Shown here: in pieces, positions 1 through 9,798 of the stretch | How the letters are laid out: each line of letters begins with the position of its first letter | How positions within the stretch are numbered: the first letter of the stretch is position 1 | NCBI GenBank assembly: GCA_017531625.1 | Contig: JAFXKQ010000078.1 | Span: forward strand, 1-46,081 | Direction of reading: 5' to 3' | Source: Clostridia bacterium | GTDB taxonomy: Bacteria; Bacillota; Clostridia; Oscillospirales; CAG-382 | DNA: 46,081 nt | Program-made: the position numbers and the translations under genes | Notes under the pieces: generated by a model | What the model saw: the letters and a program-made list of their open reading frames with translations, nothing else | What the model was told of the DNA's origin: nothing | Database searches by the model: none

Positions 1-797
1 TTCATACAGAAAGTACGCACAAGGTCACCGTACTTCTCAGTGCGGTAAATGATTTTACTCTCATAAAGCTCGTCCGTAAGATGGGCAAAAACAACTGCGG
101 GAAGCTCGACTCTTACACCGATGTCAACTCGGTTAGAATGGGTTTTTATCCCCAAATCGGAACAAACCTTTTCCATCCACTTGCTTCCGCTTCTTCCTGC
201 TGAAATAATGCACTGCTCGCCCTCAAAAACGCCGTCTGCTGTGTGAACACAGTATCCGCCGTCCTCTTGTACCACCTCTGTTGCGGCGCAGTTGAACCTG
301 AATTCCACCCTGTCCTTAAGGTAGTTATAGAGGTTTTCAAGAACTATGTAATTTATGTCCGTACCAAGATGTCTGACGGACGCTTCAAGCAAATGCAAAC
401 CGTTTTGCAGACAAAGCTTTTTAATTGAACTGTTGGCGGTGGAATAAAGCTTTGTTCCCTCGCCGCCGTAAGCCAAGTTAATGCCGTCAACGTACTTCAT
501 CAGCTCAATGGCTTTTTCCTTACCGATGTATTCATAAAGAGTACCGCCAAAGGCGTTGGTAATGTTGTACTTACCGTCAGAAAACGCACCTGCGCCGCCA
601 AATCCGTTCATGATAGAGCAAGGCTTGCATCCGATACAGTTCTTGATCTTATCACCGTCAATTGGGCATTTACGCTTGTTTAAAGGATTTCCTTCCTCCA
701 AAACAAGAACCTTAAGTTCGGGCGCAAGTTTCGAAAGCTCGTAGGCGGAAAAGATGCCGCCGGGACCCGCACCGATAATTATAACATCATACTTCAT
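1..797 (-). CDS. FAD-dependent oxidoreductase (COG2509-like NAD(FAD)-utilizing dehydrogenase); C-terminal end cut by the window edge
   Basis: Absent from the ORF track because it runs off the window. My minus-strand translation from the ATG at 797-795 reads MKYDVIIIGAGPGGIFSAYELSKL... (GxGxxG dinucleotide-binding fold), then ...CPIDGDKIKNCIGCKPCSIMNGFGGAGAFSDGK..., and stays open to position 1. Confidence 0.8.
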   Translation of the reverse strand, partial: MKYDVIIIGAGPGGIFSAYELSKLAPELKVLVLEEGNPLNKRKCPIDGDKIKNCIGCKPCSIMNGFGGAGAFSDGKYNITNAFGGTLYEYIGKEKAIELMKYVDGINLAYGGEGTKLYSTANSSIKKLCLQNGLHLLEASVRHLGTDINYIVLENLYNYLKDRVEFRFNCAATEVVQEDGGYCVHTADGVFEGEQCIISAGRSGSKWMEKVCSDLGIKTHSNRVDIGVRVELPAVVFAHLTDELYESKIIYRTEKYGDLVRTFCM

Positions 798-848
798 ACA
801 ATTCACTCTCGCTGTTCTTAATAATCGAACTGATTACAGATTCAATTA

Positions 849-877
849 ATTATACAACAATCTGAATGCATTGTCAA
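849..877 (-). promoter_or_regulatory. sigma-A type promoter for the oxidoreductase gene
   Basis: Minus strand reads TTGACA (877-872), a 17-nt spacer, then TATAAT (854-849). Both hexamers are perfect consensus, about 50 nt upstream of the ATG at 797. Confidence 0.65.
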
Positions 878-905
878 GCCATCCAAGAACCTACGTAACC
901 ACCAC

Positions 906-1130
906 TTAATCCAGTTCTTCCACGATTTCGCCCAAGGAAAACGGAGTAACCGCCCCTCGCCACAGCTTTTCAAAAAACGCTTCCGAATCCGACACACTGC
1001 AAGTGATTGCGGCATAAGCTTTTTCTTTTTCGCCGTTTTCGGTTTTGGTTACCGTTACAACGTGATGTTTTTCCCTTTTTTCGAGGACGTATTCAAGTAC
1101 GGTTTCGCCGAAAATCACTCGTTTTTTCAT
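906..1130 (-). CDS. small hypothetical protein (74 aa), no family recognised
   Basis: ORF-track ORF with an ATG start preceded by GAAGGAGA at about 6 nt spacing. Charged, soluble-looking sequence. Confidence 0.55.
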   Translation of the reverse strand: MKKRVIFGETVLEYVLEKREKHHVVTVTKTENGEKEKAYAAITCSVSDSEAFFEKLWRGAVTPFSLGEIVEELD

Positions 1131-1292
1131 CGCCGTTCTCCTTCAAATCCCACTGTTTTAGACCGAGCAAAGCCAAAACCTTTCTTTTAAACTTCGCTGA
1201 TTCCGTTTAAACTGCCGTGCTCTGTTTTTAGAATAACAAAAACTTACCGCAAATTCTGTCGAAAATCAAGCTTTTAAATTCTTCTCTTTTAA

Positions 1293-1443
1293 CCCCCGTT
1301 ATCTCAAAAAACATGCCATTATCTCTCTTTTGTGCCATTTATCCCATTTTTTACCGTTTTTCTCAATTTAGTGCCGTTTATCTCGTTTTACCCCCTTTTA
1401 TCTCATTTTCCTGTGATTTTTCTGTGATTTTTATGTGATTTTT
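1293..1443. repeat. phased degenerate tandem repeat: about six 20-bp units followed by three 11-bp units
   Basis: The core ..CC(G/A)TTTATCTC.. recurs at 1301, 1321, 1341, 1361, 1381 and 1401, an exact 20-bp register. It is followed by cTGTGATTTTT / cTGTGATTTTT / aTGTGATTTTT at 1411-1443. Confidence 0.8.
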
Positions 1444-1528
1444 CTGCACAAAAATACGGTTTCAACAAAAAACAAGGTCAAGTCCCGTCAGTTTTTAAGA
1501 TTTTTGAGTTTTTTAAACGAAAAAGCTG

Positions 1529-1557
1529 TTGAATTTATTCTTTATTAGTATTATAAT
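1529..1557 (+). promoter_or_regulatory. sigma-A type promoter for sulP
   Basis: TTGAAT (1529-1534), a 17-nt spacer, then TATAAT (1552-1557), about 80 nt upstream of the sulP ATG. Confidence 0.6.
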
Positions 1558-1639
1558 CGTAGCCAAAGCGTTGCAGGCTGTTTCGACTTTGCAAACACGT
1601 TTAAACTGCAACCTCAACTGAAAGAAGGTTTGTTTTTTT

Positions 1640-3298
1640 ATGGACAAGTTGACGCCTATGTTTTTCTCCACCATGAAAGGCTACACAAAGGGACAGTTTA
1701 TTAAAGATGTCATTGCAGGCATTGTTGTCGCAATCATCGCCCTTCCCCTTTCCATAGCCTTAGCCATCGCATCAGGAGTTACTCCCCAAGAAGGTCTTTA
1801 CACCGCAATCATAGCGGGCTTCCTCATTTCCTTCCTCGGCGGAAGCCATGTGCAAATCGCAGGTCCTACGGCGGCTTTTGCTACCATAGTTGCGGGCATC
1901 GTTGCAACCAACGGAATGGAAGGCCTTATCCTCGCCACACTTTTGGCGGGCGTTTTTCTCATTCTTATGGGTGTTTTCCGTTTAGGGTCTTTGATTAAAT
2001 TCATTCCTTACACCATTACAACGGGATTTACCGCAGGCATCGCCGTAACCATTCTTGTAGGTCAGTTCAAGGACTTCTTCGGTGTAACCTACGCAGAGGG
2101 CGTTACCCCCATCGAAACCGTTGAAAAACTTGAAGCTTTCTTTGAAAGCATCTCCACAATAAACCCTTGGGCGATTCTCGTCGGCGGCATCAGTCTCCTT
2201 ATCCTCATCGTCTGGCCCAAAATCAGCAAGCTCATTCCCGGCTCACTCATTGCCGTTGTTGTGGGTGCCGCAATGGTTAAACTGCTTAACCTGGAAGTAA
2301 ACACAATCGGTTCTCTTTACACAGTCAGCAGTAAGTTACCCGTTCCGTCCATCCCCGGTTTTAGCTTTGATACGGTAAAAGCCGTGCTCCCCGACGCCCT
2401 TACCATCGCAGTTCTTGCGGCAATAGAATCACTTCTTTCTTGCGTAGTTGCTGACGGTATGACAGGCACCAAGCACCGCTCTAACACAGAACTGATTGCT
2501 CAGGGCGTTGGTAACATTGGCTCTGCCCTCTTTGGAGGAATCCCCGCAACAGGCGCAATTGCCCGTACTGCCGCAAACATTAAGAGCGGTGGCAGAACTC
2601 CCGTTGCAGGCATGGTTCACGCCGTAGTGCTCCTTTTGGTGCTCGTTTTGTTTATGCCCTACGCATCACTTATCCCCATGCCAACCATCGCAGCGATTCT
2701 CTTTTCCGTAGCTTACAACATGTGCCAGTGGCGCCCGTTCCTCAGAATCTGCAAAACTGCACCCAAGAGCGACATTTTTGTACTCGTGCTCACTTTTGTC
2801 CTCACCGTGGTTTTCGACCTCGTTGTGGCAATCGTTGTAGGTCTGGTTCTCGCTTGTCTGCTGTTTATGAAGAGAATGAGCGACGAAACCGCTGTCAAGA
2901 ACCGTGCTCTTTCCGAAGATGAAATAGCAAAAGACGTTTTCGCCAAGGAAGTGCCGGCAGGCGTTCTCGTTTACGAAATCGACGGTCCTCTTTTCTTCGG
3001 TTCTGCTGACAGAATTGCAATGATTACGGCGGAATCCTTTACAAAATGCCTCATTTTAAGAATGAGAGGCGTTACCGCCGTTGACGCCACCGCAATGAAC
3101 GCCATCGATACTCTTTACAACCGTTGTGCTGAAAACGGAATCAAGGTGGTGTTCTCCCACGTAAACGAACAGCCCATGCGCACCTTTACCAAGGCAGGAT
3201 TTGTAGATACCGTGGGCAAAGAAAACTTCTGCAAGCACATTGACGACGCCTTGACTCTTGCAAGCAAGTATGCCAAAGAGTCCGAAGACGAAGAATAA
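1640..3298 (+). CDS. sulP: SulP-family inorganic anion (sulfate) permease with C-terminal STAS domain
   Basis: 552 aa with many TM segments. The N-terminus has the typical SulP ...DVIAGIVVAIIALPLSIALAIASGV.... The soluble C-terminal part (VLVYEIDGPLFFGSADR...LRMRGVTAVDATAM) looks like a STAS domain. Confidence 0.9.
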   Translation: MDKLTPMFFSTMKGYTKGQFIKDVIAGIVVAIIALPLSIALAIASGVTPQEGLYTAIIAGFLISFLGGSHVQIAGPTAAFATIVAGIVATNGMEGLILATLLAGVFLILMGVFRLGSLIKFIPYTITTGFTAGIAVTILVGQFKDFFGVTYAEGVTPIETVEKLEAFFESISTINPWAILVGGISLLILIVWPKISKLIPGSLIAVVVGAAMVKLLNLEVNTIGSLYTVSSKLPVPSIPGFSFDTVKAVLPDALTIAVLAAIESLLSCVVADGMTGTKHRSNTELIAQGVGNIGSALFGGIPATGAIARTAANIKSGGRTPVAGMVHAVVLLLVLVLFMPYASLIPMPTIAAILFSVAYNMCQWRPFLRICKTAPKSDIFVLVLTFVLTVVFDLVVAIVVGLVLACLLFMKRMSDETAVKNRALSEDEIAKDVFAKEVPAGVLVYEIDGPLFFGSADRIAMITAESFTKCLILRMRGVTAVDATAMNAIDTLYNRCAENGIKVVFSHVNEQPMRTFTKAGFVDTVGKENFCKHIDDALTLASKYAKESEDEE

Positions 3299-3321
3299 AA
3301 AGACAATAAAAAGTTCAAATT

Positions 3322-3822
3322 ATGAAAAGAATTAAACTGTTGTTCACCCTGTTGTTAACCGTCATCCTCTTAGTTTCCTGTGGCGAAACCGAGAAAACGC
3401 AGACGGAATCATCAAGCGAATCAATTCAAGAATCCAAATCAGAAGGGGAATCAGAAGAAGAAATGCAATCTCAAAAATCGGAGGTCGAGGTATCCTCTGT
3501 TAAAGCCGTTTACGTCAACATAACTGCCCAAGAGGCAAAGGAAATCATGGATTCACAGACAGATTACGTGATTCTTGACGTGCGCACGGAAGAAGAATTT
3601 AACGAAAAGCACATTCCGGGAGCAATCCTCATTCCCGATTACGAGATTGAGGAAAAAGCGGAAGAGATTCTCACAGACAAGGACAAACTGCTTCTGGTTT
3701 ATTGCCGTAGCGGCAGACGCAGTAAAAATGCCTCAGAGATTTTGGTGCGCCTTGGCTACACCAACATTAAGGAGTTTGGTGGAATAATTGACTGGCCCTA
3801 CGAAACGGTCAGCGGAAGCTGA
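3322..3822 (+). CDS. rhodanese-domain lipoprotein (sulfurtransferase-like), extracytoplasmic
   Basis: Signal peptide with lipobox LLVSCG, then a Ser/Glu-rich linker. The rhodanese core follows: ILDVRTEEEFNEKHIPGAILIP...LLVYCRSGRRS, with the catalytic-loop Cys in CRSGRRS. Confidence 0.85.
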   Translation: MKRIKLLFTLLLTVILLVSCGETEKTQTESSSESIQESKSEGESEEEMQSQKSEVEVSSVKAVYVNITAQEAKEIMDSQTDYVILDVRTEEEFNEKHIPGAILIPDYEIEEKAEEILTDKDKLLLVYCRSGRRSKNASEILVRLGYTNIKEFGGIIDWPYETVSGS

Positions 3823-3884
3823 AACTCCTTTGCTCCCCCCTTTTCTGTTTACAACAAAGCTCTCTTACGAAAGGCGGTGACTAC

Positions 3885-4514
3885 GTGGTTTACGTTTACG
3901 AAAACTTGGGTTCGTACAGTGAGGCGCTGTACGAGAGTCACTTGTCGTCCTTGCCCGAGTGGAGAAAAGCTTACGCCTTAAAGTACAAAAAATCAGAGGA
4001 CAGAAAACGCTCTGTTTTGGCTTTCGTACTGTTAAGAGAAGCAGTGAAAAGGGAGTTTGGCGAAGAGGTTCAAGAATTTGAGTACAACCAATTCGGAAAG
4101 CCCTTCCTCAAGGGGAACTCCCTGCATTTCAGTCTCAGCCATTGCAAATCCGCTGTGGCCTGTGCCGTTTCGGAATCGGAAATCGGCATTGATTTAGAAA
4201 CCGTCAGGGAGTTTGACGAAAAACTTTGCGCCAGAGTTTTGACCGGCACGGAGCTAAAACTCATGGAATCAGCCAAGGACCCAAAGGAGCTGTTTTTCAA
4301 ATTCTGGACACAAAAGGAAGCCGCCGCTAAATTTGAAGGAGTGGGACTCGGTCTTGTTCTCCAAAAGCTTGAATTGAGCAACTACTTACTCCACAGCGAA
4401 AAGCGAAAGGACTTCGTTTTGTCCGTCTGCTACGGTAAAACGGCTCAGCCCAAAGCTTTTCAGCCAAAAGCGCCTTCCGTCATTACGGTAGACAATGACC
4501 GTTTTCGGAGGTGA
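3885..4514 (+). CDS. 4'-phosphopantetheinyl transferase, Sfp type
   Basis: GTG start. Motifs FGKPFL, HFSLSHC, EIGIDLE and FWTQKEAAAKFEGVG match the Sfp/EntD-type PPTase signature (G-x-D...W-x-x-KE-A-x-x-K). Confidence 0.8.
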   Translation: MVYVYENLGSYSEALYESHLSSLPEWRKAYALKYKKSEDRKRSVLAFVLLREAVKREFGEEVQEFEYNQFGKPFLKGNSLHFSLSHCKSAVACAVSESEIGIDLETVREFDEKLCARVLTGTELKLMESAKDPKELFFKFWTQKEAAAKFEGVGLGLVLQKLELSNYLLHSEKRKDFVLSVCYGKTAQPKAFQPKAPSVITVDNDRFRR

Positions 4515-4518
4515 AACC

Positions 4519-5403
4519 ATGGGTACGAACAAATGGCTTTTAGAAAACACCTCCTCGCTTAAAGGTAAAACCGTAGCGATAACCGGCTCTACGGGCGGGC
4601 TTGGGCGAGAAATCTGCAAGTACCTTGCCTCCCTTGGCGCGGAATTGGTTTTGATAGACCGAAACGCCGAGCGTTCCAACTCACTGCGACGTGAGTTGGA
4701 GAAGGAATTTAAGACAGGCGTTTCCTGCATAAACGCAGACCTTGCAGACTTTGAATCGGTCAAAACCGCAACAGAGCTTTTAACCGAAAGCAAGGTTGAG
4801 ATTTTTATTCATAACGCAGGAGCATACGACATTCCAAGGCATAAAACCGACCTTGGATACGATAACGTGTTCCAGATAAACTTTATCTCCCCTTACTACA
4901 TTATAAAAAAGCTCCTTCCCCAATTAAGAAGTTGCGGCGGTAAAGCGGTTGCCGTTGGAAGCATCGCCCACAATTACTCAAAGATAGACGAAAACGACTT
5001 GGATTTTTCAACGCGAAAAGCCGCTTCCAAGGTTTACGGCAACGCAAAACGCCATCTTATGTTCTCTCTCTTTGAGCTTTTTGAAAACGAAACAAAGGCA
5101 AGCCTCAGCATTGTCCACCCCGGAATCAGTTTTACGGGAATCACGGCTCATTACCCGAAGCTCATCTTTGCGGTCATTAAGCACCCGATGAAGTTGATTT
5201 TTATGAAACCTAAAAAAGCGTGTCTTTCCATAGTAAAGGGCGTTTTTGATTCCACGGGTAAGAACGAATGGATCGGGCCAAGGTTCTTTAACGTCTGGGG
5301 CAAGCCAAAGAAAAAGAGGCTCAAAACCTGCTCTCCCGCAGAGAGTAAAACAATCGGCGAGCGAGCAGAAACAATTTATTCCCGCATTACAAAGACAGAA
5401 TAA
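4519..5403 (+). CDS. short-chain dehydrogenase/reductase (SDR) family oxidoreductase
   Basis: LKGKTVAITGSTGGLGREI matches the TGxxxGxG cofactor motif, and ...YGNAK matches the YxxxK catalytic motif. I prefer the ATG at 4519 (GGAGGTG RBS 6 nt upstream) over the track start at 4495. Confidence 0.85.
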   Translation: MGTNKWLLENTSSLKGKTVAITGSTGGLGREICKYLASLGAELVLIDRNAERSNSLRRELEKEFKTGVSCINADLADFESVKTATELLTESKVEIFIHNAGAYDIPRHKTDLGYDNVFQINFISPYYIIKKLLPQLRSCGGKAVAVGSIAHNYSKIDENDLDFSTRKAASKVYGNAKRHLMFSLFELFENETKASLSIVHPGISFTGITAHYPKLIFAVIKHPMKLIFMKPKKACLSIVKGVFDSTGKNEWIGPRFFNVWGKPKKKRLKTCSPAESKTIGERAETIYSRITKTE

Positions 5404-5407
5404 AGAG

Positions 5408-5450
5408 AAAAAAGGTGCTAATCCGAAAGATTCAGCACCTTTTACTTTTA
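5408..5450. terminator. bidirectional rho-independent terminator between convergent SDR and pflA
   Basis: Hairpin AAAGGTGCTAATC-cgaaa-GATT(c)AGCACCTTT at 5411-5442, flanked by an A-run upstream and a T-run downstream. Confidence 0.7.
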
Positions 5451-6155
5451 TTCATCTAAAATTCCGTTCAAAAAACTCATTGTGTCGGCAGAGGGTTCTT
5501 CCACGTCCGCAAGCGGAAACCGAAGCCCCAGACTGTCGTACTTTGTCTGACAGAGCTTTTTGAAAGGAAGCAGTTCAATTTTTTCGACACACTTGTTGGC
5601 GTTTGCCAACTCCTTCAAGTACTCCATTCCTTCCCTGCCGTCATTAAGCCCGGGGATAATGACCTGCCTTAAAACCGTCGGAACGCACTGGGAATCAAGG
5701 TGCGCTAAAAACTCCAACACAGCTTTTTTACCGCAACCCACAAACTCACGGTAAAGCTCATCCGATGCGTACTTAAAGTCTAACAAAACCCTGTCGGTTA
5801 CCCGAAGAAGCTCCTTAACCTCCCCGTTCAAAACACAACCCGAAGTGTCAAGGCAAGTGTTGATGCCCTCTTGCTTGCAGAGTGAAAAAATCTCCCTCGC
5901 AAATTCTGCTTGAAGAAGCGGTTCTCCCCCTGAAAGGGTTATCCCACCCTTTGCTCCAAAGTACTCACGGTACCTGACCGCCCTGTTTACCACCTCTTGT
6001 GCAGTGTAAACCGTACCGCCGTCAAGGTCCCAGGTGTCGGGGTTGTGACAGCATTTACAGCGAAGACAACAGCCTTGAAAAAACACCGTGTAACGTAGCC
6101 CCGGGCCGTCCAAAGCCCCAAGACTCTGAAACGAATGAATCCGTCCGCTTATCAT
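5448..6155 (-). CDS. pflA: pyruvate formate-lyase activating enzyme (glycyl-radical activase, radical SAM)
   Basis: N-terminal [26 protein letters not shown] carries the CxxxCxxC cluster typical of PFL activases. Its start makes an ATGA overlap with the pflB stop. Confidence 0.92.
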   Translation of the reverse strand: MISGRIHSFQSLGALDGPGLRYTVFFQGCCLRCKCCHNPDTWDLDGGTVYTAQEVVNRAVRYREYFGAKGGITLSGGEPLLQAEFAREIFSLCKQEGINTCLDTSGCVLNGEVKELLRVTDRVLLDFKYASDELYREFVGCGKKAVLEFLAHLDSQCVPTVLRQVIIPGLNDGREGMEYLKELANANKCVEKIELLPFKKLCQTKYDSLGLRFPLADVEEPSADTMSFLNGILDE

Positions 6156-8383
6156 AAAGCTTGATGGAAGGTACGGCTGATTACCTCACGTTGCTGTTCC
6201 TTTGAGAGCTTGTGGAAATTAACCGCATAACCCGAAACACGAATGGTAAGGTTAGGGTAACTCTCGGGATTTTCGTATGCTTTAAGCAAAGTTTCTCGGT
6301 TGAGAACGTTGACGTTGATGTGATGCGCCATTTTTGCGAAATAGCCGTCAAGAACGGAAACAAGGTTTTCGATCCGTTCCCCTTCGGTTCTGCCCAAAGC
6401 TTCGGGCGTGATGGAGAAGGTGTTTGAAATCCCGTCACGGCAATCGTCGTAACTGAGCTTAGCCACGGAATTCAGCGATGCAAGAGCACCGTTTTCTTCA
6501 CGGTTGTGCATGGGGTTTGCGCCGGGCGCAAAGGGGTGGCCCGCCTCTCTGCCGTCGGGAGTAGCCCCCGTGTTTTTACCGTACATGACGTTTGAAGTGA
6601 TTGTGAGAACAGAAAGTGTGTGAATGGCATTTCTGTACGTGGGTGTCTTGCGAAGCTCTGTGATAACTTTGTGACAAAGCTCTTTTGCGAGTAGATCAAC
6701 TCTGTCGTCATCGTTTCCGAATTTAGGGAAATCTCCCACAGTTTCAAACCCTACCACATAACCGCTTTCATCCTTAACGGGGCGCACGTGAGCGTACTTG
6801 ACCGTACTTAAAGAGTCTGCCACCACAGAAAGTCCCGCAACGCCAAACGCCATAAAACGTTCGGCATCCGTGTCATGCAAAGCCATCTGCGTCTTTTCGT
6901 AGGCGTACTTGTCATGCATGTAGTGGATGGCGTTCATTGTATTAACGTACAGCTTTGACATCCACTGAATGTAAAGGTCAAAACGCTCGGAAAGTGCATC
7001 GTAATCAAGCTTTTCGCAATCCATCACGGGCATTTGAGGCCCAATGCTCATCTTGCTTGAAGTGTCATAACCGCCGTTGATGGCAATGAGCAAGAGCTTT
7101 GCTAAATTGCACCTTGCGCCAAAGAACTGCATTTGTTTTCCCACCTTCATTGCGGAAACACAGCAGGCAATGGCGTAATCGTCACCGTACCTCGGGCGCA
7201 TGAGGTCGTCGTTCTCGTACTGAACGGAATCCGTCTCAACGGAAACCTTGGCACAGAACTTTTTAAAACCTTCGGGCAAATTGACGGACCACAAAACCGT
7301 AAGATTAGGTTCGGGCGCAGAGCCTAAGGTGTAGAGAGTGTTGAGCATTCGGAAGCTGTTTTTTGAAACCAAGGTGCGTCCGTCCTCGCCCATGCCTCCC
7401 ACCGCCTCGGTAATCCACATGGGATCACCGCCGAAGAGCTCGTTGTATTCCGGCGTGCGCAAATGACGGGCAAGACGTAGCTTGATAACAAAATCGTCCA
7501 TCAGCTCCTGCGCCTGTTCTTCCGTAAGAACGCCGTTCTTCATGTCACGTTCAATGTAAATGTCAAAGAAAGTGCTGACTCTGCCCAAGGACATGGCGGC
7601 ACCGTTCTGTTCTTTAATGGCTGCCAGGTAAGCGAAATAAGTCCATTGAATTGCCTCGCGTGCATTTGATGCAGGTTGGCTAATGTCAAAGCCGTACATT
7701 TTAGCCATTTCTTTCATCAAACCGAGGAATAAAATCTGCCTATAAAGTTCCTCGCAACGGCGGGTAGTGTCAATGTTGAAATCTTTGCCCTCCAATGCTG
7801 CCTTATCACCTTCCTTTTCGGCGATAAGACGGTCAACACCGTAAAGCGCAACACGGCGATAGTCGCCGATAAGACGGCCTCTGCCGTAAGCATCGGGAAG
7901 CCCCGTGATAACGTGACTTTTACGTGCCCGCTTCATTTCCTCGGTGTAAACACGGAAAACTCCGTCGTTATGGGTGGTGCGGTACAAGAACTCTTTCTCC
8001 ACGTTGTCGCTCAGTTTGTACCCGTAAGCATTGCACGCCTGCCTTGCCATACGAATTCCGCCAAAGGGGTTAACGCCTCTCTTGAGCGGGCTGTCGGTCT
8101 GCAAGCCGACAATAATCTCTTTTTCTTTATCAATGTAGCCCGTGGCATAACTGGTAAGGGAGGAAACCGTCTCCGTGTCAATGTCCAAAACTCCACCCTT
8201 TTCACGCTCCAAGGCGAGCAAACGGTTTACTTCTTTCATCAAATCAAGAGTACGCTTTGTGGGGGAAGCGAGGAAATTGCCCTCTCCCTTAAACTCGGTG
8301 TAATTACGCTGGATAAAATCTCTTACGTTGATTTCATCCTGCCACGGACCCGGATTAAAGCCATTCCAATTAATGTGCGTCAT
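6152..8383 (-). CDS. pflB: formate C-acetyltransferase (pyruvate formate-lyase)
   Basis: Has the IACCVS active-site Cys pair and the C-terminal glycyl-radical motif RVSGYAV. I prefer the ATG at 8383 ([24 protein letters not shown]) over the upstream track start at 8452. Confidence 0.93.
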   Translation of the reverse strand: MTHINWNGFNPGPWQDEINVRDFIQRNYTEFKGEGNFLASPTKRTLDLMKEVNRLLALEREKGGVLDIDTETVSSLTSYATGYIDKEKEIIVGLQTDSPLKRGVNPFGGIRMARQACNAYGYKLSDNVEKEFLYRTTHNDGVFRVYTEEMKRARKSHVITGLPDAYGRGRLIGDYRRVALYGVDRLIAEKEGDKAALEGKDFNIDTTRRCEELYRQILFLGLMKEMAKMYGFDISQPASNAREAIQWTYFAYLAAIKEQNGAAMSLGRVSTFFDIYIERDMKNGVLTEEQAQELMDDFVIKLRLARHLRTPEYNELFGGDPMWITEAVGGMGEDGRTLVSKNSFRMLNTLYTLGSAPEPNLTVLWSVNLPEGFKKFCAKVSVETDSVQYENDDLMRPRYGDDYAIACCVSAMKVGKQMQFFGARCNLAKLLLIAINGGYDTSSKMSIGPQMPVMDCEKLDYDALSERFDLYIQWMSKLYVNTMNAIHYMHDKYAYEKTQMALHDTDAERFMAFGVAGLSVVADSLSTVKYAHVRPVKDESGYVVGFETVGDFPKFGNDDDRVDLLAKELCHKVITELRKTPTYRNAIHTLSVLTITSNVMYGKNTGATPDGREAGHPFAPGANPMHNREENGALASLNSVAKLSYDDCRDGISNTFSITPEALGRTEGERIENLVSVLDGYFAKMAHHINVNVLNRETLLKAYENPESYPNLTIRVSGYAVNFHKLSKEQQREVISRTFHQAL

Positions 8384-8514
8384 CTCTAAAACCCCTTTCA
8401 AGTACGGAAGGTAAGTTTTTATCATATTCCGATTATAGCATACCACAGTCAAACTGAAAAGTAAATAGTTTTAAGCAGACAACAGCAAATTACAAAGTAA
8501 CAAGTTGAGAGCAC

Positions 8515-8556
8515 GTAAAAAGGCTGTTACCGAAATTCTCCAAACGGTAACAGCCT
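8515..8556 (-). terminator. rho-independent terminator after argD
   Basis: 12-bp stem AGGCTGTTACCG / CGGTAACAGCCT (8521-8556), followed on the minus strand by TTTT. Confidence 0.7.
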
Positions 8557-8608
8557 TAGAATAAAGTCAATTTTAAGTTAAGTAAAGCGAAATCTTCGGC
8601 GCAACAGG

Positions 8609-9781
8609 TTATTTTGCGAGAACCTCTTTGAGCACAGCAACCGCCGTTTTCAGCTCGTCAAAGCTGATGTTAAGCGGAGGCAAAAGTCTGAGTTTTGTCT
8701 TTGCAGTAATGCAAAGCACGCCTTTGTCCATGGCGTCGGCAATAACTTCTTTGACGGGACGCTGGCAGTCGATGCCAAGCATAAGCCCCATTCCGCTGAT
8801 GCCGTTAACGCCCTTAGCACCTGAAAGCTCGTCAATGATAAACTTAGAGCGTTCTTCCACGCCTTTAAGGAACTTCTCATCAAGACGGTTAACCACGTTA
8901 AGCGCACCTGCCGCACAGATGGGATTTCCTCCGAAGGTGGAAGCGTGAGTGCCTGGAACAAGGGCATCCTCTGCCTTTTCACCGAGGAGCACCGCACCGA
9001 TGGGCAAACCGCCGCCAAGACCTTTTGCGGTGGTTACAATGTCGGGAGTGAAGCCGTAGTGCATGTAAGCGAAGTACTTACCCGTCCTACCGTTGCCGGT
9101 CTGAACCTCATCTACGATGATAAGCAAGTCCTTCTCCTCAGCAATCTTTCTTACCTCGTCAACGTACTCTTGGGTCAGCACGTTGATTCCGCCCTCACCC
9201 TGGATGAGCTCGATCATGATGGCAGCGCAGTTGTACTGCTCCGTAAGACTTCTGAGTTCGTCAGCGTTGCCCGCCTCAGCATAAACAAAACCCTCTGTAA
9301 AGGGGTCAAACTCCTTGTGGAACACGTCCTGCCCCGTAGCCGCAAGGGTGGTTATCGTTCTTCCGTGGAAGCTGTTTTTGAGTGTGATGATGGTATGATG
9401 ACCCGCACCCTTCTTCACAAATGAACGACGTCTTGCCGCCTTGATTGCGCCCTCGTTAGCCTCTGCGCCGGAGTTGGCGAAGAAAACCTTTTTCATTCCG
9501 CTCTTTTCGCAGAGCGCCTTTGCAAGCAATGCGCAAGGCTCTGTGTAGTAAAGGTTGGAGCTGTGCTGAAGCTTGGAAAGCTGGTCAGTAACCGCCTTAA
9601 CCCACTCAGCATCCGCAACGCCGAAGGTGTTGACCGCGATGCCGCTTGTAAGGTCAATGTACTTTTTACCGCCGTCATCCGTAATCTCCGCGCCCTCGCC
9701 CTTGACCCACGCCACAGGGAAACGTGCGTAAGTGTTGGCAACGTAAGCCTTATCTATCTCTTTAATGTTGTTAATGCTCAT
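8609..9781 (-). CDS. argD: acetylornithine aminotransferase
   Basis: Class-III aminotransferase features (SGAEANEGAIK, DEVQTG.GRTG, TTAKGLGGG) and arg-operon context. The ATG at 9781 is preceded by GGGGGAG. Confidence 0.9.
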   Translation of the reverse strand: MSINNIKEIDKAYVANTYARFPVAWVKGEGAEITDDGGKKYIDLTSGIAVNTFGVADAEWVKAVTDQLSKLQHSSNLYYTEPCALLAKALCEKSGMKKVFFANSGAEANEGAIKAARRRSFVKKGAGHHTIITLKNSFHGRTITTLAATGQDVFHKEFDPFTEGFVYAEAGNADELRSLTEQYNCAAIMIELIQGEGGINVLTQEYVDEVRKIAEEKDLLIIVDEVQTGNGRTGKYFAYMHYGFTPDIVTTAKGLGGGLPIGAVLLGEKAEDALVPGTHASTFGGNPICAAGALNVVNRLDEKFLKGVEERSKFIIDELSGAKGVNGISGMGLMLGIDCQRPVKEVIADAMDKGVLCITAKTKLRLLPPLNISFDELKTAVAVLKEVLAK

Positions 9782-9798
9782 AAAAACTCCCCCGAAAA

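Noticed and set aside
837-864. Inverted repeat CAGATT-N16-AATCTG overlapping the -10 of the oxidoreductase promoter
   Set aside because: The arms are only 6 bp, with no extension and a long spacer. This is too weak to call an operator.
1293-1443. Repeat array as a replication origin or DnaA-box cluster
   Set aside because: The region contains no TTATCCACA-like DnaA boxes, and dnaA, dnaN and rep genes are not nearby. The TTATCTC cores only superficially resemble half of a DnaA box.
8384-8452. 5' extensions of ORF-track entries: pflB to 8452, cotF to 26183, SBP to 40387, argD to 9802, murG to 16985, mraY to 19379
   Set aside because: In each case an internal ATG has a good Shine-Dalgarno motif and gives the canonical family N-terminus. 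The extensions start at TTG or GTG, or add hydrophobic junk, and several would run over promoter elements.
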